Both the position numbers and the translations under genes were made by a program. Shown piece after piece: positions 28,223 through 37,996 of a stretch of DNA of 64,000 nucleotides. The number at the start of each line of letters is the position of its first letter. Position 1 is the first letter of the stretch. The stretch is from Microcoleus sp. GTDB lineage: Bacteria; Cyanobacteriota; Cyanobacteriia; Cyanobacteriales; Microcoleaceae. The notes under the pieces are model-generated. The model had not been told where the DNA came from, ran no database searches, and saw only the letters and a list, made by a program, of their open reading frames with translations. The stretch covers positions 2,048,001 to 2,112,000 of the forward strand of contig CP181291.1 of NCBI GenBank assembly GCA_052279835.1. Direction: 5' to 3'.

Positions 28223-28290
28223 ATATCAATATAGCCCACAAACTCTTTAGCCAATCTGCGATCGATACACTCATCCAATATCAACTTCAT
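28219..28290 (-). pseudogene. N-terminal remnant of a DUF5615 PIN toxin
   Basis: MKLILDECIDRRLAKEFVGY, cut where the HEPN gene ends. Confidence 0.75.
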
Positions 28291-28291
28291 T

Positions 28292-28510
28292 CTACGCCAC
28301 CATCGCAATCAATTGTTTTTTAATAACTTCCAAGAGAGCAATTACTTGCTCCCTAGTTACAGTGGGAAATCCATCTAAAAAATCATCAATTGACTCTCCG
28401 GCTTCTAAATAGTCAAAAAGTGTTTGGACAGGAACCCTAGTACCAATAAAAACAGGTGTTCCGCCCATGATTTCACCAGAAATGCTAATTATATGAAAAT
28501 TATGAGACAT
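28292..28510 (-). CDS. DUF433 family antitoxin
   Basis: IMGGTPVFIGTRVPVQTLFDYLEAGESIDDFLDGFP. Confidence 0.9.
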   Translation of the reverse strand: MSHNFHIISISGEIMGGTPVFIGTRVPVQTLFDYLEAGESIDDFLDGFPTVTREQVIALLEVIKKQLIAMVA

Positions 28511-28597
28511 AAGCCTAAGTAGTTGTAGGGTGTGAATCCTGCGATAAATTCCTAACTCAATACCAAGAATCTCAGGGCCACGCACCTGATGGATATA

Positions 28598-29425
28598 TTA
28601 CAAACCTTTGGACTGTTCCGACATCTGCCGCATTCCCACAGCCAACACGCTCAAAAACAATAGCCCGATCGCACCAGCTAGCGGATTGCCGTTAACTCCC
28701 GTCACCCAATCCGGTGCAGAACCCGAATATCGCACTAACTCTCCGACGTTAATTATATAATATCCCCAGACTATACCTGTGTGAAAGCCGATCGACAAAC
28801 CGAGTCGATTTTGGGTGATTCGTTTTCCCCCAACCAAGATCGAACCCAGCAGCAACAACCCCGGAAACTGCGGCCAACTCCGCAGCATGGCAACCACAGG
28901 TTTGATAAAATGGGATAGGGCAAATAAAATGCTATTCGCCCACAAAGATACTCGATCGCTGTAGTCCCGCTGCAACTCATCGAGCAACCAACCACGGAAT
29001 ACCAACTCCTCTGCAAAACCCACTCCTAAAGCACTTAATAGCCCTTCTGCGATGATTCTGGGCAAATTATCTGATTTTTGCCATGAGACAAAGCCGAGCA
29101 GTCCTTGCACCCCAAATAAGCTGAAAGTGAGCAAAAGCCCGATCGCCAATCCAATTAAAAACTCTAAACCGTTCTGTCTAGTATTGATCAAACCATAGCT
29201 TTTGATCACTTGGCTGTTTCCGTAAACCTTTTTTCCCCAGAGTCGCACCAAGAACAGAAACTCACTAAACAACAGCGCCATAGTTAGAATAGTGGCGAGG
29301 TTGCTGTCTTTAACTAATAAGTAAATTGGTGCTGCTAGGGGCAACCAGATGGATAATAAAGCTAACAGGAAAATGAGGATGCGCCCCAAAAATGGATAAC
29401 TGGCTATTTTAATTAATTTAGTCAT
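28598..29425 (-). CDS. CPBP (Abi/CAAX) family intramembrane metalloprotease
   Basis: EELVFRG, FALSH, IGFH motifs. Confidence 0.9.
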   Translation of the reverse strand: MTKLIKIASYPFLGRILIFLLALLSIWLPLAAPIYLLVKDSNLATILTMALLFSEFLFLVRLWGKKVYGNSQVIKSYGLINTRQNGLEFLIGLAIGLLLTFSLFGVQGLLGFVSWQKSDNLPRIIAEGLLSALGVGFAEELVFRGWLLDELQRDYSDRVSLWANSILFALSHFIKPVVAMLRSWPQFPGLLLLGSILVGGKRITQNRLGLSIGFHTGIVWGYYIINVGELVRYSGSAPDWVTGVNGNPLAGAIGLLFLSVLAVGMRQMSEQSKGL

Positions 29426-29454
29426 TAACCCTCAAATAACACGCGCTTTCCATC

Positions 29455-29597
29455 AGTCCGGCAGGGGTTTAAACCCCTACCTCATAGCTAAAGTCGGTTA
29501 AAACCGACTCAAGATTATAATAGAATATATTATCAATATTAGTCCTCTTTTAGAGGACTTTAGCTATGAGACAGGGGTTTTTAACCCCTGTCGGACT
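29455..29597. repeat. Nested-palindrome REP-like element
   Basis: AGTCCG.CAGGGGTT/AACCCCTG.CGGACT ends; CTCATAGCTAAAGTC/GACTTTAGCTATGAG arms; internal hairpins. Confidence 0.75.
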
Positions 29598-29739
29598 CTC
29601 GAACTCACAAACAAGACTGGTACTACATTTAAACTGAAAATTGAGATCTGTGAGCCATGCCCTACTGCTACTTACTGGACTCTGTACGAAGCAGGCACAG
29701 AAAGCTAGAATAGCATTGTAGTGGTTGAAACTTTAACTA

Positions 29740-31138
29740 CACCGCCGGGAATTCCCCCGCTATAACTGTACCGAGTTTAGCGGTGGGATGAAAGGCGGGC
29801 CAACGTAGGTACGGAGTTGACCAAATCTTTCTGGATTGTCTTTACTGCCATCGGTGGTATGTAGTAGGATCTTGAGAGAAGGAGGTGATATTAGATGCTC
29901 CACAAAGCTGTACAAGTCCGCCTGTACCCGTCAAAAGACCAAGAAATACTACTAGCGCAGACTTTTGGATGTGCGCGGTGGTGGTGGAATTATGCCTTAA
30001 ATAAATCCATTGATGTCTATAAAGAGACAGGTAAAGGATTAGGACAAGTAGCACTCAATGCGCTATTACCCAAGCTCAAAAAAGCCGAAGATACGCTGTG
30101 GCTAGCCAATTGTTACAGTCAGGTTTTGCAGGCTACGACACTTAACTTGACCACAGCTTACAAGAACTTTTTTGAAAAACGTGCAGGTTTTCCCAAATTC
30201 AAATCTAAACATGGCAAGCAATCGATTCAGTATCCTCAGAATGTCAAGATTGTTGATGGTAATATTAAGCTGCCTGGGAATAGTGGAATAGTTAAAGCCA
30301 AAATACACAGAGCAGTGGAGGGGAAAATCAAGACTGTTACCGTTAGCAAAACACCATCAGGAAAATACCTGGCATCTATCCTGATTGAAAGAGAAGGGGA
30401 AAATCCTACTACTGTTTCAGAAGGCAATATCTATGGTATTGACTTGGGAATAAAGCACTTCGCAGTTGTCGCAGATGGCAAAAAGGTCTCTAAGTATGAT
30501 AATCCCAGACACCAGGCCAAGCATGAAAAGAATCTCAAACGCAAACAAAAAAAATTAGCACACAAACAAAAAGGAAGTAATTCAAGACAAAAGTATAGAA
30601 AAGTTGTTGCTAAAGTGTACGAACGAATTAGCAATTCTCGGCAAGATTTTCTACACAAACTTAGTCATAAGTTGGTCAGCGATAGCCAAGTTGTCATAAT
30701 AGAAAATCTTCATGTCAAAGGCATGGTTCGCAATCACAAGTTAGCCAAAGCAATATCTGATTGTGGATGGGGAACTTTTACTAACTTTCTCGCCTATAAG
30801 TTAGAACGAAAAGGCGCGAAATTAGTTGAGATAGAGCGATGGTTTCCCAGCTCTAAACTCTGTTCTAATTGTTTTTGTCAGGCAAGTGAAATGCCTTTAG
30901 ATGTGAGGGAATGGACTTGTCATCACTGTGGCACTCGTCACGACAGGGATGGAAACGCCGCCACAAATATTAGAGCAGAAGGACTCAGAATGCTAAAGAC
31001 GGATGGTTCAGCCGTTTCTGCTGTAGGAGGGGAGGTAAGACCTTCAGGGGGACGGAAGTCTGTCTTGAGGCACTCGCCTGTGATTACAGAAGCTCCCGCG
31101 TTGTGCGTGGTACTCCAGGTTAGCGGTGAGTAGTTCAC
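29740..31138 (+). mobile_element. tnpB-only IS200/IS605-family element 1 (left boundary approximate)
   Basis: Subterminal hairpins CCCCCGCTA..TAGCGGTGGG (left) and CTCCCGC..GCGGTGAG (right); ends in TTCAC; no tnpA. Confidence 0.75.
29895..31133 (+). CDS. tnpB: RNA-guided endonuclease TnpB
   Basis: HTH_OrfB N-terminus, RuvC D (GIDLG), E (IIENL), zinc finger CSNC/CHHC, D (HDRDGNAA). Confidence 0.95.
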   Translation: MLHKAVQVRLYPSKDQEILLAQTFGCARWWWNYALNKSIDVYKETGKGLGQVALNALLPKLKKAEDTLWLANCYSQVLQATTLNLTTAYKNFFEKRAGFPKFKSKHGKQSIQYPQNVKIVDGNIKLPGNSGIVKAKIHRAVEGKIKTVTVSKTPSGKYLASILIEREGENPTTVSEGNIYGIDLGIKHFAVVADGKKVSKYDNPRHQAKHEKNLKRKQKKLAHKQKGSNSRQKYRKVVAKVYERISNSRQDFLHKLSHKLVSDSQVVIIENLHVKGMVRNHKLAKAISDCGWGTFTNFLAYKLERKGAKLVEIERWFPSSKLCSNCFCQASEMPLDVREWTCHHCGTRHDRDGNAATNIRAEGLRMLKTDGSAVSAVGGEVRPSGGRKSVLRHSPVITEAPALCVVLQVSGE

Positions 31139-31167
31139 ATAAAACAAAGCTATCAAATCAGGGAACA

Positions 31168-32643
31168 ATGACTGAAGACTCCGATTTCTCCAATGTCGAT
31201 CGAGAATTAGATGACACAATTTTAAGCTTCGCAGATATTCAGGCAGAACTCAACCTCCGCCATGCTACAGATGCTCTGCGAGATATCGTAGACAATCTCG
31301 ACTTGACTCCCATCGAGCGAACTGGACTAGAGCCGGAAATTAGGGGGTTGGAGAAAATGCTCGATAAGCTAGAGCGCGCTTGTGTCCAAATCGCTGTGTT
31401 TGGAATGGTGGGGAGGGGTAAATCTTCGGTTTTGAACGCGCTTTTGGGTCAAAATGTGTTTGAAACAGGCCCGACTCACGGTGTGACTCGCACCACAACG
31501 ATTGGACAGTGGGATGTTGGTGATGGAGTTAATCAAAATTTGCCCGATGGCTTACGCCCCGCTACGCTACGACTTTCGCCGATTATTTACCGTTTGTCGC
31601 AAGTTGAATTAATCGATACTCCGGGAATAGATGAAGTTGATGGCGAAACTCGCGAACTTTTGGCTAGGCGCGTTGCTACACAAGCAGATTTGATTTTGTT
31701 TGTGGTAGCGGGCGACATTACGAAAGTGGAATATCAAGCGCTTTCGCAATTGCGAGAAGCCGGAAAACCGATGTTATTAGTATTTAATAAAATTGACCAA
31801 TATCCCGATGCAGACAGATTGGCAATTTATCACAAAATTCGGGACGATCGCGTGAAAGAATTGTTATCTCCTGATGAAATTGTGATGGCTGCTGCATCAC
31901 CTTTGACGGCGAATGCAGTGCGCCGTCCCGATGGCAGTATGGGTGTGAAAATGACTCGCGGTTTGCCGCAAGTTGAGGATTTAAAATTAAAGATTTTGGA
32001 GATTTTAGACCGGGAAGGTAAGTCTTTGGTCGCTTTGAATACGATGCTCTGTGCAGGGGATATTAACGAGCAGTTGGTGCAGCGGAAAATGGAAATTCGA
32101 GAGGATGCTGCTAATCGGATTATCTGGAATGGGGTAATGACTAAAGCAGTGGCGATCGCCCTTAATCCAATTACTGTAATTGATATCCTCAGCGGTGCTG
32201 TAATTGACGTGGTGATGATCTTAACTCTGTCTAAAGTTTACGGCATTGCCATGACGGAAGCGGGAGCAGTGGAATTGTTACAAAAAATTGCCATTAGTAT
32301 GGGGGGAATTACGGCGGGGGAATTGGTGGCGAATTTTGGTTTGAGTTCTTTGAAAGGATTGTTGGGTTTAGCAACACCGGCAACCGGGGGTTTAGCTTTA
32401 GGACCTTATGTTTCAGTAGCTATGACGCAAGCTGCGATTGGGGGAGTTTCTTGCTACGGAATCGGTCAAGTTACTAAGGCTTATTTGGCTAATGGTGCTT
32501 CTTGGGGAGATGATGGGCCCAAAGCTGTTGTCACCAAGATTTTGTCTTCTTTGGATGATGATTCTATTTTAAATAGGATTAAGGAGGAGTTGCGGGCCAA
32601 GCTGGATTTGAGGGAAGAAGCAAGAAGGAAGGATCAAAGTTGA
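31168..32643 (+). CDS. GTP-binding protein with DUF697 domain
   Basis: GMVGRGKSS, DTPG, NKID; C-terminal hydrophobic DUF697-like region, YLANGASWG. Confidence 0.88.
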   Translation: MTEDSDFSNVDRELDDTILSFADIQAELNLRHATDALRDIVDNLDLTPIERTGLEPEIRGLEKMLDKLERACVQIAVFGMVGRGKSSVLNALLGQNVFETGPTHGVTRTTTIGQWDVGDGVNQNLPDGLRPATLRLSPIIYRLSQVELIDTPGIDEVDGETRELLARRVATQADLILFVVAGDITKVEYQALSQLREAGKPMLLVFNKIDQYPDADRLAIYHKIRDDRVKELLSPDEIVMAAASPLTANAVRRPDGSMGVKMTRGLPQVEDLKLKILEILDREGKSLVALNTMLCAGDINEQLVQRKMEIREDAANRIIWNGVMTKAVAIALNPITVIDILSGAVIDVVMILTLSKVYGIAMTEAGAVELLQKIAISMGGITAGELVANFGLSSLKGLLGLATPATGGLALGPYVSVAMTQAAIGGVSCYGIGQVTKAYLANGASWGDDGPKAVVTKILSSLDDDSILNRIKEELRAKLDLREEARRKDQS

Positions 32644-32745
32644 CACTCCTGGGTCTTAAGCCATGGGGATTCTTGAATCTATCTCCCGTTATACTGAAGG
32701 TTAACGGGAGGGGACTGCTGATGAGATGGGATGGAGTTTATCCAA
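32640..32745 (-). mobile_element. Orphan IS605-type right end / omega-RNA 3' remnant in inverted orientation
   Basis: Minus strand ends GAATCCCCATGGCTTAAGACCCAGGAGTGTCAA, 27/33 identical to the right end at 34010-34042. Confidence 0.7.
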
Positions 32746-32750
32746 AATTT

Positions 32751-34042
32751 GGGTTGAAAACCCCGTCCTTTAGCGTAGCGGAGGACGGCTTGACACTCTT
32801 GACCAAACAATTTACCATACTAAATGTAGTGTGGTAAGCAAAATGTTAAAAGCATTCAAGTACAGAATCTATCCGACGGGTGAACAATCCGTTTTGCTTG
32901 CCAAGTCGTTTGGCTGTGCTAGATGGTTTTACAACTACGCTCTCAATCTAACATCCGAAACTTACAAACAAACTGGAAAAGGATTAAGCAGAAACGAAAT
33001 AATCAAGCTTCTGCCTTCCCTAAAAAAAGAGTATGAGTGGTTAAGCGAAGTCCCATCGCAGGTATTACAGCAAGCCGCTTTAAATCTTTCTGGTGCTTTC
33101 CTTAATTTTTTTGAAGGTAGAGCTAAATATCCTAACTTCAAGAAAAAGCAAAATAGGCAGTCGATTAGATTTCCTCAGCACTGTCAGTTAAAAAATGATG
33201 TTCTGGTATTACCTAAAATCGGCAAAGTCTATTGCAAAGTTTCACGGCAACCCGAGGGAGATTTAAAGTCGGTTACGGTTTCAGTTAATCCATCAGCAGA
33301 ATATTTTGCATCTTGTCTTTATGATGATGGTCAGGATTTGCCCCAAAAATCATCAGAAGGAAAAGCTATCGGGATAGACGTTGGACTAACTCATTTTGCG
33401 ATTACATCAGATGGGACTAAACATGGGAACCCTAAATACTATCGTAACTACGAACGAAGATTAGCGAGGAGACAACAGAAACTTAATCGCAAGCAAAAAG
33501 GCTCTAATAACCGCAATAAAGCTAGAGTTAAAGTTGCTAAAGTTCACTCTAAAATCCTTCGTAGTCGTGAAGATTTTCTCCACAAGCTAAGTCGTAAATT
33601 AGTTGACGAAAACCAAGTCATAGTGGTCGAAAATCTAGCCGTCAGCAACATGGTCAAAAACCCTAAACTAGCAAAATCAATTAGTGATGCTGGCTGGGGT
33701 CAATTCTTTACTATGTTGAAATACAAGGCTGAATGGGAAGGAAAAATCTATCTAGAAGTTGACAGATTTTTCCCCAGTTCCAAGACCTGTAGTAACTGCT
33801 TAAATCGTGTTGATAGTTTGAGCAGAGATATTCGTAGTTGGCAATGCCTTAAGTGTGGAGAAAACCACGATAGAGACATCAATGCCGCTAAGAATATTCG
33901 GGATGAAGGGTTACGAATTCTGGCGGTAGGGCATACCGCCACTGCTTCGGGAGGGAGAGTAAGACCAAGTAAAGGCACTGCTTTTGCAAGGCATCTCCCT
34001 GTGAATGAAGAATCCCCACGTCTTTAGACTGGGGAGTGTCAA
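32751..34042 (+). mobile_element. tnpB-only IS200/IS605-family element 2 (left boundary approximate)
   Basis: Left hairpin CCGTCCT..AGGACGG; right end GAATCCCCACGTCTTTAGACTGGGGAGTGTCAA. Confidence 0.8.
32831..34027 (+). CDS. tnpB: RNA-guided endonuclease TnpB
   Basis: KAFKYRIYP, GIDVG, VVENL, CSNC/CLKC, HDRDINAA; start GTG 32831 or ATG 32843. Confidence 0.95.
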   Translation: MVSKMLKAFKYRIYPTGEQSVLLAKSFGCARWFYNYALNLTSETYKQTGKGLSRNEIIKLLPSLKKEYEWLSEVPSQVLQQAALNLSGAFLNFFEGRAKYPNFKKKQNRQSIRFPQHCQLKNDVLVLPKIGKVYCKVSRQPEGDLKSVTVSVNPSAEYFASCLYDDGQDLPQKSSEGKAIGIDVGLTHFAITSDGTKHGNPKYYRNYERRLARRQQKLNRKQKGSNNRNKARVKVAKVHSKILRSREDFLHKLSRKLVDENQVIVVENLAVSNMVKNPKLAKSISDAGWGQFFTMLKYKAEWEGKIYLEVDRFFPSSKTCSNCLNRVDSLSRDIRSWQCLKCGENHDRDINAAKNIRDEGLRILAVGHTATASGGRVRPSKGTAFARHLPVNEESPRL

Positions 34043-34881
34043 TCCACCGATTCGACGATCGGTACGGTCGATCGCACCACCGTCGGCAGTACAATTTTCT
34101 CCACCGCAGGAGTACAGCCTAGCCACTGCACAGACACTTCGGCAAACTGCTCTGGCTGGCCACTCACGCAAAAACGAGTAGGCAAAGCAGTACCTGAATT
34201 CCGCAGCCCTAAAAGCTCTAATTCCTGAGCAGCAGCAGCCACTACCCGCACCGCCGGATCGATTAAATTGACCCCAGCAGGTAACAGCGATCGCAACACT
34301 GGAGCCAACAGTGGATAATGAGTGCAGCCGTAAATCAGCGTATCGATACGCTGCTGAATCAAAGGAGCTAAATATTCCCGCGCTACCTCAGTAGTGTAAG
34401 GATCGTAAATGCGGTTTTGCTCCACCAGTGGCACAAAAGCCGGACAGCTAACTTGCCACACTCGGCAAGAATTTTCCATTTCCAAAATCGCATTGCGATA
34501 AGCATTGCTAGCCGCTGTAGCAGGAGTGGCGATGACTCCAATCCGCTTCCCTTGCTGTACCGCAGCCTGGGCTCCCGGCAGAATTACTCCCAGCACCGGA
34601 ATATCAAATTCAGCCTGCACCATTTCCATCGCCAAAGCCGAACTGGTGTTGCAGGCCATAATCACCATTTTCACATCCTGTTCCACCAGCCAAGTCATAA
34701 TTTCCCGCACAAACTGCACAATCTCCGCAGCAGTACGAGTGCCATAGGGAACCCTCGCCGTATCTCCAAAATAAAGTATTGATTCCTTGGGTAATTGTCG
34801 GTACAACTCCCTCAAGACAGTTAAACCACCTACCCCGCTATCAAAAATACCGATTCTTTGTTGTCCAGAGTCTGTTGTCAT
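34039..34881 (-). CDS. murI: Glutamate racemase
   Basis: FDSGVGG, ACNTS, GCTHYP. Confidence 0.97.
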   Translation of the reverse strand: MTTDSGQQRIGIFDSGVGGLTVLRELYRQLPKESILYFGDTARVPYGTRTAAEIVQFVREIMTWLVEQDVKMVIMACNTSSALAMEMVQAEFDIPVLGVILPGAQAAVQQGKRIGVIATPATAASNAYRNAILEMENSCRVWQVSCPAFVPLVEQNRIYDPYTTEVAREYLAPLIQQRIDTLIYGCTHYPLLAPVLRSLLPAGVNLIDPAVRVVAAAAQELELLGLRNSGTALPTRFCVSGQPEQFAEVSVQWLGCTPAVEKIVLPTVVRSTVPIVESVD

Positions 34882-34891
34882 TGGTTGATTA

Positions 34892-35027
34892 TTAGTTGTT
34901 AGTTGGCAGTTGGCAGTTGGCAGTTGCGGTGCCCGCTCGCGTAGTCGAAGGGTTAGTTGGCAGTTGTTAGTTGTTAGTTGTTAGTTGTTAGTTGGCAGTT
35001 GCTACCAATTACCAATTACCAATTACC
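34892..35027. repeat. Heptamer tandem repeats (TAGTTGT/CAGTTGG; ACCAATT)
   Basis: STRR-type tracts between amiC and murI. Confidence 0.8.
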
Positions 35028-35044
35028 CTCTCTCCGGCAATATA

Positions 35045-36523
35045 TTATCTTTGCTGAAGATACAGCAAAATGCCACGGGCGATCGAAGCAGCCATTTGAC
35101 TGCGGTAAGCTGGATCGGAAAGCTTGGCAGCATCCTCCGCACCAGTCACAAACCCAACTTCCAGCAATACAGAAGGCATAGTAGTCTTTCTGAGAACATA
35201 AAACCTAGCCTGTCGCACTCGGCGGTCATCTGCCCCCGTCCCCTGCAAAATACTGGCGTGAATCGTCCTGGCCAAATCTAGTCCATTCTCGAAATAGTAC
35301 GTCTCAATCCCGCTCACATCCGGCCGACTCATGTTAATAGCATTGGCGTGAATGCTCACGAATAAAGTAGCATTTAGTCGCTCGGCCAAAGAAACTCTTG
35401 GTTCCAGGTCAATTTCGCTGTCGTCAGTTCTACTCATCACCGCTTGTACCCCTTGCTGTTCCAGGATGCGGGCTACTTGAAATGAGATATCCAAAACGAT
35501 GTCCTTTTCCTGAATTCCGCCAATCCCTACAGCACCGGGATCGCGGCCACCGTGGCCTGGATCGAGGACTACTACTGAGCGGCGGTTAGAAACTGGGGGC
35601 AAATCGGTAGAGCCGGTCATGGTTCTCGGCAACGGCTGGGGGTTGCGAGTTCGATCGACTGGTGGCTGCATACTAGGATAGGAGCGAACAGGAGGGTCTA
35701 CCGTCAGCCGGCGAGGGGTGGTGGGTGTCCTTGCACCCGCAGGTACTAGGGCAATGGAGCCCAAACTGGTTACAGATGCTCGCCACTGTGTGTTAGAACT
35801 ATTCATCCGCAAAGTGACGCGGGTAACGGGGGGATCTGTTGGCAGTTGCCGGACTTCAATCCGTTCTACGCCGTGTTTGCCGTTAGTCTGGGGCTGTTGG
35901 CTGTTAAGGCCAGGAGCGAGAGTTGCGCCTTCAATATCTAGGGTGGCGATGTCCCCTGCGCGACTTTGTTGAAAGTTAATTTGGGGGCGACCACCTACGG
36001 TGCGGACTAAAAAACCGTCTGCTGTTACCTGAACGTTCTGAACTACAGTCGTTTCAGCGGTATTGGATGCCGTTGCAGATGGATCTACGGACAATCTTTC
36101 CCCACCTAATTGGGAACTGGAATTGGAATTTTCGGCTCGCGTTGGCGTTGGCAAATCCACTGTCCACTCGCTGGGAGAAATACCTCGAAATTTTACTTGA
36201 GCAGGGTCGATCGTAAATCCGTCTTTTAACTCAACCACTATTCTGGTGGTATCGTCGTCAAACTGCCCTAAACGCACGGATTCGATCGCCCCTGAGAAGG
36301 GCTGATTTAGGGATTGACGGCCCAGACTTGTCCCTGGTAAATCGATCACCAATCGGGTTGGGTTGAATATCAGTTGAGCCTTGGGTTGTACTCCCCCATC
36401 TGTTGTAATGTAAAGCCGGTTCTGTGAAGCATCAAACCGCCAAGATTGCAGTCTTGCTGCTTGGGCGGCTCCGGTGAGCAAAAATACACCTAAGAAACTC
36501 GGTAGTAGCCAGTGGAATTTCAC
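35045..36523 (-). CDS. amiC: N-acetylmuramoyl-L-alanine amidase with AMIN domains
   Basis: Signal peptide, AMIN (NPTRLVIDLP), LDPGHGG, SIHAN, LLEVGF; upstream of murI. Confidence 0.92.
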   Translation of the reverse strand: MKFHWLLPSFLGVFLLTGAAQAARLQSWRFDASQNRLYITTDGGVQPKAQLIFNPTRLVIDLPGTSLGRQSLNQPFSGAIESVRLGQFDDDTTRIVVELKDGFTIDPAQVKFRGISPSEWTVDLPTPTRAENSNSSSQLGGERLSVDPSATASNTAETTVVQNVQVTADGFLVRTVGGRPQINFQQSRAGDIATLDIEGATLAPGLNSQQPQTNGKHGVERIEVRQLPTDPPVTRVTLRMNSSNTQWRASVTSLGSIALVPAGARTPTTPRRLTVDPPVRSYPSMQPPVDRTRNPQPLPRTMTGSTDLPPVSNRRSVVVLDPGHGGRDPGAVGIGGIQEKDIVLDISFQVARILEQQGVQAVMSRTDDSEIDLEPRVSLAERLNATLFVSIHANAINMSRPDVSGIETYYFENGLDLARTIHASILQGTGADDRRVRQARFYVLRKTTMPSVLLEVGFVTGAEDAAKLSDPAYRSQMAASIARGILLYLQQR

Positions 36524-37021
36524 GACAGTTTTTCCTCGTTTGCGTTGCTGCCTTTATCTGGAAGGGTGATGCTTTGCCCAAAGTATTTCAGGATTTGGCT
36601 GAAAGATGATGATTGGGGCGATCGCCGTTTCTCAGTTTTGGGCTAAATTGACTTTTTTATGCCTTAAGAGACTCACCGATGCCAGATTTTGGCACATAGT
36701 CGCCCTGTGAGAGGCTGGTGGCCCATCAGTCCAAAGTTGATAGAAAGATTGCCGTACAAGGGAACATATTTATTTTTGGCAGCATAAAACGAGCTATTTC
36801 TGGAAGCTCGAAGGTAGAAGTTAGAAGGTAGAATTTTACGGTTATTCAAAGGAGCAATTTCAGGCATCGGATGCGATCGAGGGACGCGGGCTCAGTGAAA
36901 TAGAATATCACCATTAGTAATTCATACTTGGTCAGATTTTTTTATGCTTGCTGTTGGCTGTTGACTGTTGGGTAGTCCAAGGTATCGGTACCGCTACTAA
37001 CTAATGACCACTGACCACTGA

Positions 37022-37996
37022 CTAATGACTACTGACTACTGACTTAAGTTCAAATTTCCCGGCGATCCAGTTCAAAATTTCTTGATTTACTTGTTCCGGG
37101 CATTCATCCTGGGGACAGTGGCCAGCATTATCTAATTCCACTAACTCTACATAATCGGGGCTGCATTCGACAAATTTATGAGGCTTCGCAAACTGGGGGG
37201 GAATCATCCGGTCTTGCCGACCCCAAATTAATAACATCGGAATTTTTAAGTTTCGTAACACACTCTTGACACTAGGTCCGAACTGTGAACTACCCACAGC
37301 TTTAAATAAAGCACAGAAGGCTCTGGCGGAACCTCGATCGCCAGCCGGGCCGGAGAGAATATCTACTAATTCATCGGTGATGGCATCGGGGCCCGAATAG
37401 GCAAACGCGGCCCAGCGACGCACAAAAGAAGGCTTGCGGACTAGGTAGAACAGGGGCCTGAGTATGAGGGGGGAAACAAAGATACTTTCGACAAGTTCGA
37501 TCGCGGGTAACAGCCACGACGGCACGGCGTCGGCTCGTACAGAGGGGTCTGGGAGGCTAATCATCACGATGCCAGCCACCATATCGGGGTGAGCCGCCGC
37601 CGCCGCCAGACAAATCAGGGAACCGATGGAATTTCCCACCAAAATTACCGGCTTTCGGACAAAAGTCAACCAAAAGTCATAAACTTGATCGACCCATACA
37701 GATACAGAGTAATTCAGGGGTGCTTTTTGGGAAGCTCCAAACCCCAACAAATCCAAGGCGTAAACTGTGTGAGATTCGGCGAGGGCAGCGAGATTGTGTC
37801 GCCAATGACCGATGGAAGCCCCAAACCCGTGCAGTAGAATTATGGGCGTGGTGAAATCGGCAATTGCGATCGTGCCTTGATTTGGCTGCGAAGGGGAACG
37901 AGAGGGACGCAAATAAGTATAGCGAGTTTGCCAACCACGCCATACCCAGTCTCTTTGAGTGCCAACCCGTTGGTGCCAGTGAAGAGAATTTGTCAA
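37022..37996 (-). CDS. Alpha/beta fold hydrolase
   Basis: LLHGFGAS, GNSIG, GHCPQDE. Confidence 0.92.
   Translation of the reverse strand: MTNSLHWHQRVGTQRDWVWRGWQTRYTYLRPSRSPSQPNQGTIAIADFTTPIILLHGFGASIGHWRHNLAALAESHTVYALDLLGFGASQKAPLNYSVSVWVDQVYDFWLTFVRKPVILVGNSIGSLICLAAAAAHPDMVAGIVMISLPDPSVRADAVPSWLLPAIELVESIFVSPLILRPLFYLVRKPSFVRRWAAFAYSGPDAITDELVDILSGPAGDRGSARAFCALFKAVGSSQFGPSVKSVLRNLKIPMLLIWGRQDRMIPPQFAKPHKFVECSPDYVELVELDNAGHCPQDECPEQVNQEILNWIAGKFELKSVVSSH

Noticed and set aside
34892..35027. Tandem repeats as a possible CRISPR array (also 57632-57714 and 57891-57948)
   Set aside because: Heptamer STRRs or a two-unit duplication, with no unique spacers and no cas genes.
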